From Opitutus sp. GAS368 (GTDB lineage: Bacteria; Verrucomicrobiota; Verrucomicrobiia; Opitutales; Opitutaceae), in NCBI GenBank assembly GCA_945861645.1, contig CAMAVZ010000001.1, positions 1-64,000 of the forward strand: a DNA stretch of 64,000 nt, given 5' to 3'. Below are positions 10,429 to 19,284 of the stretch, one piece after another. How positions within the stretch are numbered: position 1 is the stretch's first letter; each line of letters starts with the position of its first letter. The notes beneath the pieces are model-generated. The model worked only from the letters and a program-made list of their open reading frames with translations, did no database searches and had not been told where the DNA came from. A program made the position numbers and the translations under genes.

Positions 10429-13400
10429 TCACTGACAAGCTTCGCACTCTTCGCTATGCTTCATAGCTTCAATCGAGCACGCTTTTTTCTCTTCCGCGGT
10501 GAAAGATTTCTTGGGCGCCGGAGGGGCGATATGATTTAAGGCTTCGGCATCGCGGGTGGCGGTTTCGGCTTTAGTTTCTCCTGCCGCTCCGCGCACATCT
10601 TTCTTGGCGGCGAGAGTAGCTTTTTCGATGCCCGAGGCGCCGAGGCTGCGGAGATAATAGGTGGTCTTCAGGCCGGCATGCCAAGCGGAGCGGTACATAT
10701 GGCTGAGCACCTTTAAATCAGGCGATTTGAGCCAGAGATTTACGCTTTGCGATTGATCGATCCATTTTTGGCGACGCGCTGCCGCGGCGATGACCCATTT
10801 AAAATCGACGCCAAAGGCGGTGAGATATTTTTCTTTTAGGTCGGCGGGGATGGCCTCGATATCTTTGAGTTCGCCGTCAAAATACTTCAGCGCATCGCTC
10901 ATCTCTTGGTTCCAGAGGCCGCGGCTCTTGAGATCGCGCACGAGAAATGGGTTGAGGACCACGAATTCCCCAGAGAGATTGGATTTAACGTAGAGATTTT
11001 TGTACGTGGGCTCGATGCAAGGCGATGTGTTGGTGATGTTCGAGATCGTCGCGGTGGGGGCGATGGCGAGGACGTTGGAGTTGCGCATGCCTTGCGAGGC
11101 GATCTTGGTGCGGAGGGCGCTCCAATCCATCTGCCCGCCGCGAGGTACTTGAATGGGTACGCCACGCTCTTGCTCGAGCAGATCAACGGTGTCTTGGGGC
11201 AAGAGACCGCGCTCCCACTTCGAGCCTTTGTAGGTCGAGTAGGCGCCGCGTTCCGCCGCGAGATCCGCCGAGGCCTCATAGGCATAGTGCGAGATTGCCT
11301 CCATGAATTCATCGTTGAATTCGACGGCCGCTTCCGAGGCGAAAGGCACGCCCTTCATGTAAAGAGAATTGGCGAGCCCCATCACGCCGAGGCCGATCGG
11401 GCGGTGGCGTTGATTGGAGGTCTTGGCTGCGACGGTCGGATAGAAATTGATATCGATGACATTATCGAGTGCCCGGACGGCGACGCGAATGGTGTCGCGC
11501 AGCTTTTCGTGATCGAGGGAGCCATCGTCCTTCAGGTGTGAGTCGAGGATGACTGAGCCCAGATTGCAGACGGCGGTCTCGTCGTTCGAGGTATTGAGGG
11601 TGATCTCGGTGCAGAGATTGCTCGAGTGAATGACGCCGCAGTGATCTTGGGGAGAGCGCACGTTGCAAGGATCCTTGAAGGTGATCCAGGGGTGGCCGGT
11701 CTCAAAGAGCATCGACAACATTTTCTTCCAGAGCTCAAGGGCCTCAATTTTGTGGGCCTGGATTTTGCCTTCCTCGCCGAGTTTCTCATAGCGCAGGTAA
11801 GCTTCTTCAAATTTGCGACCGTAGAGATGGTGCAGGTCAGGGGTCTCGTTCGCGCGGAAGAGGGTCCAGGTGCCGCGGGCCTCCATGCGCTTCATGAACA
11901 AGTCGGGAATCCAATTCGCCGTATTCATGTCATGGGTGCGGCGGCGGTCGTCACCCGTGTTGCGGCGAAGCTCGAGGAATTCGAAGATATCGTTGTGCCA
12001 AGATTCGAGGTAGGCGCAGCCAGAGCCCTTGCGCTTGCCGCCTTGATTGACCGCGACGAGCTGATCGTTGTGGAGCTTGAGGAAGGGGATAACGCCTTGG
12101 GATTCGCCGTTGGTGCCCGCGATATGCGCGCCGGTGCCGCGAACGGAGGTCCACGAACCGCCGAGGCCGCCCGCCCATTTAGAGAGTTGGGCGTTTTCCG
12201 CGATCCCGCGGTACATGATAGATTCCAACGAGTCATCCACGTAGTAGAGGTAGCAGCTCGAGAGTTGGGAGTGGAGCGTGCCGGAGTTGAACAGCGTCGG
12301 GGTGCTGCTGCAGAAGCGGCGGGACTTGTAGAGTTCGTAGAGCCGAATGGCCCAATCTTCGCGGGTGCGCTTCTTTTCTTCAAGGAACAGGCCCATCGAG
12401 ACGCGCATCCAGAAAAATTGGGGGGTCTCGAGGCGCTTGGAGCGCTTACCGGTCTTGTCGATGATGAGGTAGCGATCGTAGATGGTCTGGACGCCGAGAA
12501 AATCGAGTTCGAGGTCAGCCGTTGGATCGAGGGCGGCCGAGATTTTGCTTAAATTATATTCCTTGAGGCGGGGTGTAAGGCGCTTGATGGCGATCCCGCG
12601 GTCGATGTAGGCGGCGAAGGCTTGTTGGTGGAATTTCTTAAGGGCGCCGATGCCGTCGCGGACGATATCCCAGCCGAGAACTTCTTCGTAGATGTAGCTG
12701 AGTTGGATCCGGCCGGCGAATTTGGCGAAATCAGCATCTTTCTCGATGAGCGTCTTGGCGTTGAGAATAATGGTGTTGTTGAGATCACCGAGCGCGATGT
12801 TATCGAACAGCGCGCGCCGCAATTCCGCTTCGATCTGATCTGAGGTGAGGCAGAGCTCGAGGCCGATGGAGGCAAACTCGATGCGCTTTTTGAGGTCAAG
12901 GCCATCCCACAAGAACGTGGTGCCGTCAGCGCGGGCGACTACGACCATGGAATTTTGCTGAGCCGGCGGGGTCACGGGAGAGGTTTCGGCCACGGGTTCA
13001 GCGAGGCGGGTGGTTGCGCGTGCGGCGCGGTAGAGAATGTAGTCTTCCGCGACCTTGTAATGGCCGGACTTCATTAACTCCTCCTGGACCATGTCCTGAA
13101 CTTCTTCGATATGGAGAAAGGCTTGTTTGACCTGAAGAGCACGTTCCGTGATCGCGCGGCTAATGGCAGTGGCGGGGGAGGGATCCTTCTGCAGGGAGAG
13201 AAAGGCTTTGCGAATGGCGATCTCGATTTTGCCTTCGTTCCACGGCACTACTTGATGATTACGGCGGATCAGACGGACGGAGACACCGTGCGTTTCGCGG
13301 GAAATATTGAGCTTGGAAGCGCGCTTAAGCAGGAGGCTCTTGGCGACATCGTGGGCGTTATTATCTACGAGAGTTTTTTCGATGAGCACGTAAAGATCGT

Positions 13401-13737
13401 GAAGGGAGACGCGGATCGGGCCGCGCTCGAGGGCTTTCTTGGTGAGATGCAAGGCAACTTCGCGGGTGACGTCGGCGACGAAGCGCTGGTTTTTCTCGTT
13501 AAAAATATCTGCTTCGCCCTTGGCTTGGAGCAAGTTGGCCAAGGAACGACCAACGGTATCGGCGACCTCGCTTAGGTCGAAGCGCTCTTCGCCGTGGGGG
13601 CATAGTACTTGAATCTCAGGCACCGGCACCGACTCATCGCGCAGGATGTCACGCCAGTTATAATTGGGCTTCTGGTCTTTGGGGGCAACCGTAAGTTTTT
13701 TAAGCGCAATATCTTGCGCTATAGAAGGAGTGTGCAT
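10429..13737 (-). CDS. nrdA: Class I ribonucleotide reductase alpha subunit with multiple N-terminal ATP-cones
   Basis: TPTLFNSG, LSSCY, SNLCTEI, AVCNLGS, APTATIS, KTTYYLR, C-terminal CEAC. Confidence 0.96.
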   Translation of the reverse strand: MHTPSIAQDIALKKLTVAPKDQKPNYNWRDILRDESVPVPEIQVLCPHGEERFDLSEVADTVGRSLANLLQAKGEADIFNEKNQRFVADVTREVALHLTKKALERGPIRVSLHDLYVLIEKTLVDNNAHDVAKSLLLKRASKLNISRETHGVSVRLIRRNHQVVPWNEGKIEIAIRKAFLSLQKDPSPATAISRAITERALQVKQAFLHIEEVQDMVQEELMKSGHYKVAEDYILYRAARATTRLAEPVAETSPVTPPAQQNSMVVVARADGTTFLWDGLDLKKRIEFASIGLELCLTSDQIEAELRRALFDNIALGDLNNTIILNAKTLIEKDADFAKFAGRIQLSYIYEEVLGWDIVRDGIGALKKFHQQAFAAYIDRGIAIKRLTPRLKEYNLSKISAALDPTADLELDFLGVQTIYDRYLIIDKTGKRSKRLETPQFFWMRVSMGLFLEEKKRTREDWAIRLYELYKSRRFCSSTPTLFNSGTLHSQLSSCYLYYVDDSLESIMYRGIAENAQLSKWAGGLGGSWTSVRGTGAHIAGTNGESQGVIPFLKLHNDQLVAVNQGGKRKGSGCAYLESWHNDIFEFLELRRNTGDDRRRTHDMNTANWIPDLFMKRMEARGTWTLFRANETPDLHHLYGRKFEEAYLRYEKLGEEGKIQAHKIEALELWKKMLSMLFETGHPWITFKDPCNVRSPQDHCGVIHSSNLCTEITLNTSNDETAVCNLGSVILDSHLKDDGSLDHEKLRDTIRVAVRALDNVIDINFYPTVAAKTSNQRHRPIGLGVMGLANSLYMKGVPFASEAAVEFNDEFMEAISHYAYEASADLAAERGAYSTYKGSKWERGLLPQDTVDLLEQERGVPIQVPRGGQMDWSALRTKIASQGMRNSNVLAIAPTATISNITNTSPCIEPTYKNLYVKSNLSGEFVVLNPFLVRDLKSRGLWNQEMSDALKYFDGELKDIEAIPADLKEKYLTAFGVDFKWVIAAAARRQKWIDQSQSVNLWLKSPDLKVLSHMYRSAWHAGLKTTYYLRSLGASGIEKATLAAKKDVRGAAGETKAETATRDAEALNHIAPPAPKKSFTAEEKKACSIEAMKHSEECEACQ

Positions 13738-13781
13738 GAGAAAATAAATACGAGAAAATTAACCCAAAAGGGGCCGATAAC

Positions 13782-14867
13782 TCAGAGTTCGTCGTCGCTC
13801 GAGCCGTGTAGAGCGGAGGATTTTTGATATTCGGTGACGCGCCCTTCGAAGAAATTTTGCTCCTTCTTGATGTCCATCATTTCAGCGAGCCAAGGCAGGG
13901 GATTTTTAACCCCCGGACTGAGCGGGGCGAGGCCGCAGCCTTCCAGGCGACGGTCGGCAATGTAGTCGATATACGTCAGAAATTCTTCGATGGAAAGGCC
14001 AACTGCGTTCACGGGGAGGCAGTCGCGGATGAAATCTTTCTCGAGGAGGATGCCTTCCGCCATCGTCTGGCGCAGCTCTTCCTTGAACTCGGGAGTCCAG
14101 ATCTCGCGATTCTCTTCGACGAGATCCATGAAGAGATTCCGGAAGAGTTCGATGTGATTTGATTCATCGCGTAGCGTGTAGCGGAACATCTGGCCGATGC
14201 CGGGGAATTTGTTTTGGCGGTAAAGTGCCAGCACCATGCCGAAGAGGCCGTAGAATTGGGTGCCTTCCATGCATTGGCCGAAGGTGAAGATATTTTTTGC
14301 CAGCAGCTTCTTATTTTCTAGCTTCGTCAAATCGAGGTCGCGGCGGAGATCGCGGGAGACCTTGTTGACGAACTCATTCTTCTTTTCGATCGACTTGATA
14401 TCCTCGAACATGGCCTCGCACTCATGCGGGTTGATGCCGAGGGAAGAGATCATGTAGAGGAGCGAGTCCGCGTGAATATTCTCTTCATGGGCGTGACGGC
14501 CGAGGACCAGCTTCAACTCCGGGGCGGTCACGAGTTCGCGGACGACGTGTTGGATGTTGTCACCGACAATACCCTCGGCGGCGGAGAAATAGCCAATGCC
14601 CATGCGGATGATCCAGCGTTCGATGTCGCTGACTGTTTTCTCATCGCGCCACTGTTCGATGTCCTTGCCCATCGGCACATCCTCCGGCTCCCAGTGGTTC
14701 GCCTTCATCGTCTTGTAGAGGTCGTAGGCCCACTGATATTTGAGGGGGAGAATATTAAAATAAGGCACCTGGCGACCGTTGATGACTTTTTTCGCGGCGA
14801 ACGCGGCCTCGGCCTTGTCCTGATCGAGCATGAACGTCTTATTGCCGACGGAGAATGATTTTTGCAT
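13782..14867 (-). CDS. nrdB: Ribonucleotide reductase beta subunit, class Ic (R2c)-type signature
   Basis: Ferritin-like ligands E98, E129xxH132, E201, E235xxH238; NFFEGRVTEY tail; adjacent to nrdA. Confidence 0.94.
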   Translation of the reverse strand: MQKSFSVGNKTFMLDQDKAEAAFAAKKVINGRQVPYFNILPLKYQWAYDLYKTMKANHWEPEDVPMGKDIEQWRDEKTVSDIERWIIRMGIGYFSAAEGIVGDNIQHVVRELVTAPELKLVLGRHAHEENIHADSLLYMISSLGINPHECEAMFEDIKSIEKKNEFVNKVSRDLRRDLDLTKLENKKLLAKNIFTFGQCMEGTQFYGLFGMVLALYRQNKFPGIGQMFRYTLRDESNHIELFRNLFMDLVEENREIWTPEFKEELRQTMAEGILLEKDFIRDCLPVNAVGLSIEEFLTYIDYIADRRLEGCGLAPLSPGVKNPLPWLAEMMDIKKEQNFFEGRVTEYQKSSALHGSSDDEL

Positions 14868-14967
14868 AGTGGTGCGCAGCTGAGAGAGAAACTTTGGATA
14901 AAATGGGTGTGTGCCCCGTGGTCTAGAGACGGCAGGAAGCCTCTGGCGACACTAAGTTGCCAAAACT

Positions 14968-15032
14968 TCCCAACACGTTGTCGACCACCACAGGATGTGG
15001 ATGCTCGGAACCTTGACCACAACTAATGGGAA
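14968..15032. promoter_or_regulatory. Candidate tandem NrdR boxes overlapping the nrdB promoter
   Basis: TCCCAACACGTTGTCG (14968-83), CCACCACAGGATGTGG (14985-15000), CCACAACTAATGGGAA (15017-32) resemble acaCwAtATaTwGtgt; last two are 32 bp apart; minus-strand TTGACG at 15051-15046. Confidence 0.65.
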
Positions 15033-15131
15033 TCGCGCTAAACCTCGTCAATAAATATTGATGTAGAAAAGTAAAAATAAGGCTATTTTTTGTGTGGACA
15101 CCAAAAAATCACCCTTCGTTTTTTTAAAAAA

Positions 15132-15155
15132 AAATTCTGAAATTCTGAAATTCTG
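15132..15155. repeat. Tandem repeat (AAATTCTG)x3
   Basis: Three exact consecutive copies in AT-rich spacer. Confidence 0.85.
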
Positions 15156-15621
15156 ATTTCTCCTCTGAAAAACTCCCTATTGAGTGATTTCAAAATGCCC
15201 GAAAATATTTTCTTGACGCGAAAAAAAATGTGTCGCACGGATATTTTTTTAAAAAATATCCGCGGCCGGCTGATTTTATTTCGCGCCGGCTTAGGCCGAA
15301 CGCGTTAATTTTCTCCGCGGTGAAGCCAGTTGGTTTTTCGGATTTTTTTAGTGAGGGATTAAGCCCTTATAATTCTTCTAAGGGTTTAACCCTATTTAAT
15401 TAATGAACTGGGGCATGGGCTTGGCCGCGCTGGGGAGATCATTCTGAGGTTTAACGTTTAAAATTTAAGTTCGAACCCTTCACGGAGCCTCGTCTCCTTC
15501 GCGGTTGGTCATGCCTTGGTAGATGATGAGCCTTTTGCCTTACTGGTGGCCAATCGCCCCGCGGAATAAATTACGGATAATTCCAACGGCGCAGGACCGA
15601 TCGCCGGGAAATTGATCCAGC

Positions 15622-15654
15622 AAAAAAAGGCGCCCCGCTCGAAAGCGGGGCGCC
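15622..15654 (-). terminator. Intrinsic terminator of TonB-dependent receptor gene
   Basis: A7 then GGCGCCCCGCT-CGAA-AGCGGGGCGCC. Confidence 0.9.
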
Positions 15655-15682
15655 GGAGGAAAGGAGCGAAATTACGTTCGCC

Positions 15683-18600
15683 TCAGAAGCTGAGCTTGGC
15701 TCCAAGCTGGATGCGCCAGCGGGACATCCCATTATCGATCAAGAAGCCCGTTGGCCCAGGCGTGAAGGTATAGGTCGGCTTGATGCGGCCATCGACGGTG
15801 TAGGAGGTGGCGCTCGTGAGCGTGCGAGTCCGGAACACGTCGTTGGCCAGATTGGGTGCGATCTCGGTGTAATTAAACATTTTCTTGTTAATGAACGAAC
15901 CGAAATTCACGAAATCGAGGAAGAGGTCTAACTTAACCGGACCGTGCAGCGGGATGCTTTGGACGAGCTTCAGGTCGAGCCTGTTGAACCAAGGCTCAAT
16001 CGAGGAGTTTTTCGGCACGACCTTGCCGGCGTATTGGGACAAGCCGCTCGTCTGAATAAAGGCGAAGAAGGCATCGCTCTGGGCGGTGGTCATACCAGAG
16101 AAGTCAAATTTGCCATCGCCGGGGCCCGTGGGAATAAAGACTCGGTCATTGAACGACACGCCGTCACCATTGAGGTCGCCGCCGAATACCCAGCTGTAGG
16201 GATTGCCGGTGCGCCCTTCGTAGTAGAGTGAAGCAGTGGTCTTGAACTTTTTCACGAATTCAAACTGGCGGGTCACGCTAGCTTGGAAGCGGTCTTTGAC
16301 TTCGAAGTCAGCCGTACCGACCTCAACCGTATTTTGGTTGAAAATGACGTTACGGTTAAACTGTCCGCCAGCCGTGGTCTGACCATTGGCTTGAGCCTCG
16401 GTGGCGCGACCGCGGGTGTAGGCGACGTTGAAGGCCCACTTGTTCTTCAGGGGACGATCCCATTGCAGGCTCACGTAGGTGGAGTCACCGACGCTGACGT
16501 TGCTCACTCGATACATGAAGGTGTAGCCGGCATAAAGAGCGTTAGCCGTTGTGCTGGGTACGCCAGAGAAGCGGGAGCGTCCGTCGAGGGCGAGGCCGCC
16601 CGCGAGCGGCTTGAGATTCTCGTTGGTCGTGCGCAGGGCTTGGTCAATCTTGCTGTAAACAACCTCGGCGGTGATGGTCGAATCGAGGAACGGAAGTTTG
16701 CGATCGATGGCGAGATTACCGCGCCAAGCAGAAGGCAACTTGAGGCCATTGTCGTTAAAATCGACTTCGCGCCGCAGGGTCGGGTTGTCGGTGCCGGTCC
16801 CGATCGGTTTCGAGGGATCGAAGTCGTTCTTCAGGAAGGTCGTGAAGCTCGATGATAGCGGACTAACGGCATCCGTGGACGAGCGGGTGAAGCTACCGAC
16901 GCCCGTGTTACCGAAGGAATTGGAGAAAAACACCCAAGGGGAACGGCCGAGGAAATGGCCAAAGCCGCCGCGCAGTTGCGTTTTGCGATCGCTGTCCAGC
17001 GCGAGGTTAAACCCGACGCGAGGAGAGATAGTTTTCACGCCATCGAGCGAGCCATCGTTGCGCAGGCCGGTAGCTGCTAGGAAGGCGGTGTTCAGGGCGG
17101 GCTTTATCCCGCTCTCGGCGATTTCCAGGCGAACGCCACCATTGATCGAGAGACGTGGGCTGACGTCCCATTTTGCCTGGGTGAAGAGCCCGGTGGTGGC
17201 GAAATTGGAGACATCGGCGACTGGGCGGATACTTGGATCGTAATAGCTGCGCTGAATGACGACGTTGGTGTCGTTCAGGAAGTCCGTCATATTGCGGAAG
17301 CCCACGAGACCGAAGGAGTTTGAGCGAAAGAGATTGTAGAAATTCGATTGCTCGCGTTCGGCCCCGGCGGTGAGTACAAAGTTTTTCCAGAAATAATCAC
17401 CCGAGGCGCTCATTTGCTGCGAGTCGACGGCGATTGAATTGCCGTGGCGGAATTGCTCCGTGCCTGCGATGTAGGTACCGTTGGTGACGGCCGTGTTATT
17501 GAGCAGATCCGTGCCGCTAACGCCGAAGACGTAGGTCATCGGGGCCACGGTGTTAAGGGGGGTCTGCTGGTCTTGCTTGGTCGAGGAATACTTTACCTCG
17601 GTCTTGAAGTCGGGGGTCCATTGGCTGAACAGCTGGGCCGCTTCTGATCTTTCTACGCGCGTCTGGGAGTAGAAGTGACCATCGGTGGAGGTGGTGATGC
17701 CACCGCCAGAAATACCGGCGTTGCTGGAACTGCCGCTCGCAAAATTGCCGAACTGGGGTACCTCGCCCTCGGTCTTAGACATCCGGACGCTCAGGCGGTG
17801 GTCTTTATTGATATTCCAGTCGACCTTGGCGATATACTTGGTGTCGGTGGCCATATTGGTCGTGGCGCTCGTGACAGGATTGCCCCAGTTGATGGTCTTG
17901 CCGGAATCAGTGCTATACTGCTTGAGGCGGGTAAGAATCTGAGACTCCAGCGGGGTGCTGAAACGCGGATCGCGACCAGCGCTGATGCTTGCGAAATCTT
18001 CAAAATTGATGAAGAAAAACAGCTTGTTGCGAATGATCGGGCCGCCGAAGGTGGCGCCGAAGGTGCGGCGCTCAAGCTTGGGGACAAGTTTGGCGCCAGT
18101 GTTAGTTAATTCACGGGCATTGGGCCCTTGTAGATCATGGCCGGCGAGCTGATTGCCTCGGAAGTAATAATAAGCCGAACCGCGGTAAGTATTCGTGCCG
18201 CTTTTCGTGACCGCGTTGATGGTCGCTCCGGTGAAGCCGGCGAGCCGAACATCGTAGGGCGAGATCTGCACGGAGAGTTGCTCGATCGTGTCGAGGGAGA
18301 GCGGATTGAAGAAGGAAGCGAGCCCGGTGCCGTTCAAGCCGAATTGGTCGTTGATGCGGGCTCCGTCGATGGTGACGGAGTTGAAGCGGTTGTTTTGACC
18401 TACGGCGGTGATCTGGGATTCCTCACGATCACCAAAGGTCGACCGCAGCGTGACGAGCGGCGAGGCGCTGATCATGTCGGCGAGTGAGCGCTCGGAGGAG
18501 GGTTTGTTGCCCATGCGATCGCTGCTCAGGGTGGTGCCTGCGCCCGACGCCGTAGCGTCCAAATCATTGCGCGTGCCAGTGGCGATAAATTTCTCCAGCT

Positions 18601-18955
18601 GCAGTACCTCTGATTTAATCGTCAAGTTAACTTCGGCTTCGCTGCCAAGGACAGCGACGATATCGTTGATGGTGGCTTCGCCTAAGTCGGATTTCGCGGT
18701 GACCGTGTAAGGCCCGCCGACTGGGAGGCCGCGAAAATTATAACGACCCGCCGCATTCGTGGTAGCGGTAAACGTGGCGTTAGTGGGTGTGTGCACCGCG
18801 GTGACAGCAACGCCAGCACCGGTCTTGCCGACGGCGCCACTGACAGTGCCGGTCAGGCCGGAGGTTACGATTTGCGCGAGCGCACTGGGCAGAAGAGCCA
18901 GGCTGAGAGCCGTGACCGCGGTTAGAATTAGCGATTTAATGAAGGTTCGGTGCAT
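15683..18955 (-). CDS. Oar-like TonB-dependent outer-membrane receptor with N-terminal carboxypeptidase-regulatory-like domain
   Basis: Signal peptide (ALA-Q), GRYNFRGLPVGGPYTVT, plug motif GATINAVTKSGTN, C-terminal IQLGAKLSF. Confidence 0.9.
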   Translation of the reverse strand: MHRTFIKSLILTAVTALSLALLPSALAQIVTSGLTGTVSGAVGKTGAGVAVTAVHTPTNATFTATTNAAGRYNFRGLPVGGPYTVTAKSDLGEATINDIVAVLGSEAEVNLTIKSEVLQLEKFIATGTRNDLDATASGAGTTLSSDRMGNKPSSERSLADMISASPLVTLRSTFGDREESQITAVGQNNRFNSVTIDGARINDQFGLNGTGLASFFNPLSLDTIEQLSVQISPYDVRLAGFTGATINAVTKSGTNTYRGSAYYYFRGNQLAGHDLQGPNARELTNTGAKLVPKLERRTFGATFGGPIIRNKLFFFINFEDFASISAGRDPRFSTPLESQILTRLKQYSTDSGKTINWGNPVTSATTNMATDTKYIAKVDWNINKDHRLSVRMSKTEGEVPQFGNFASGSSSNAGISGGGITTSTDGHFYSQTRVERSEAAQLFSQWTPDFKTEVKYSSTKQDQQTPLNTVAPMTYVFGVSGTDLLNNTAVTNGTYIAGTEQFRHGNSIAVDSQQMSASGDYFWKNFVLTAGAEREQSNFYNLFRSNSFGLVGFRNMTDFLNDTNVVIQRSYYDPSIRPVADVSNFATTGLFTQAKWDVSPRLSINGGVRLEIAESGIKPALNTAFLAATGLRNDGSLDGVKTISPRVGFNLALDSDRKTQLRGGFGHFLGRSPWVFFSNSFGNTGVGSFTRSSTDAVSPLSSSFTTFLKNDFDPSKPIGTGTDNPTLRREVDFNDNGLKLPSAWRGNLAIDRKLPFLDSTITAEVVYSKIDQALRTTNENLKPLAGGLALDGRSRFSGVPSTTANALYAGYTFMYRVSNVSVGDSTYVSLQWDRPLKNKWAFNVAYTRGRATEAQANGQTTAGGQFNRNVIFNQNTVEVGTADFEVKDRFQASVTRQFEFVKKFKTTASLYYEGRTGNPYSWVFGGDLNGDGVSFNDRVFIPTGPGDGKFDFSGMTTAQSDAFFAFIQTSGLSQYAGKVVPKNSSIEPWFNRLDLKLVQSIPLHGPVKLDLFLDFVNFGSFINKKMFNYTEIAPNLANDVFRTRTLTSATSYTVDGRIKPTYTFTPGPTGFLIDNGMSRWRIQLGAKLSF

Positions 18956-19284
18956 GGTATTTATGCAGTTGGTTTTGGTTCTTAGGATGAAGGGCAGAGA
19001 TAACTTTGAAGAGTTAGCGAACGACTGCCCTCTAGCTGAGTCAAGCCTTCAACCCCTGCTAATAGCGCCGCGCGGTCAGTTGTTTCCAGACCGTAACTTT
19101 TTGCTCAAAACAACTCAGCTATTGCAGGATTTTAACTTCAGCCGGGCTTTTTTAGGCAAGAAGCAGGGGAGGTAGGCGACTAAACCCTTTAGCCCCATCG
19201 AGGCTTAGCGGCAGATCAATTGTCGCTCAAAAATACGGTTTCCTTCCCGCGAAATAGTGCTTCCTATCGCCGGCTGTGAGTGCG

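Noticed and set aside
10429-13737. Intein or intron as the cause of the long NrdA (also checked DnaE)
   Set aside because: Extra length is N-terminal cone-like sequence; no C/S...HN splice motifs or homing endonuclease seen.
15040-15470. Possible replication origin
   Set aside because: No perfect TTATCCACA boxes or box cluster, no dnaA/dnaN/gidA context, and no visible skew change by eye.
15469-15489. tRNA-like 3' fragment GTTCGAACCCTTCACGGAGCC (possible att scar)
   Set aside because: T-stem 5' arm does not pair, no matching acceptor 5' strand or CCA, and no integrase nearby.
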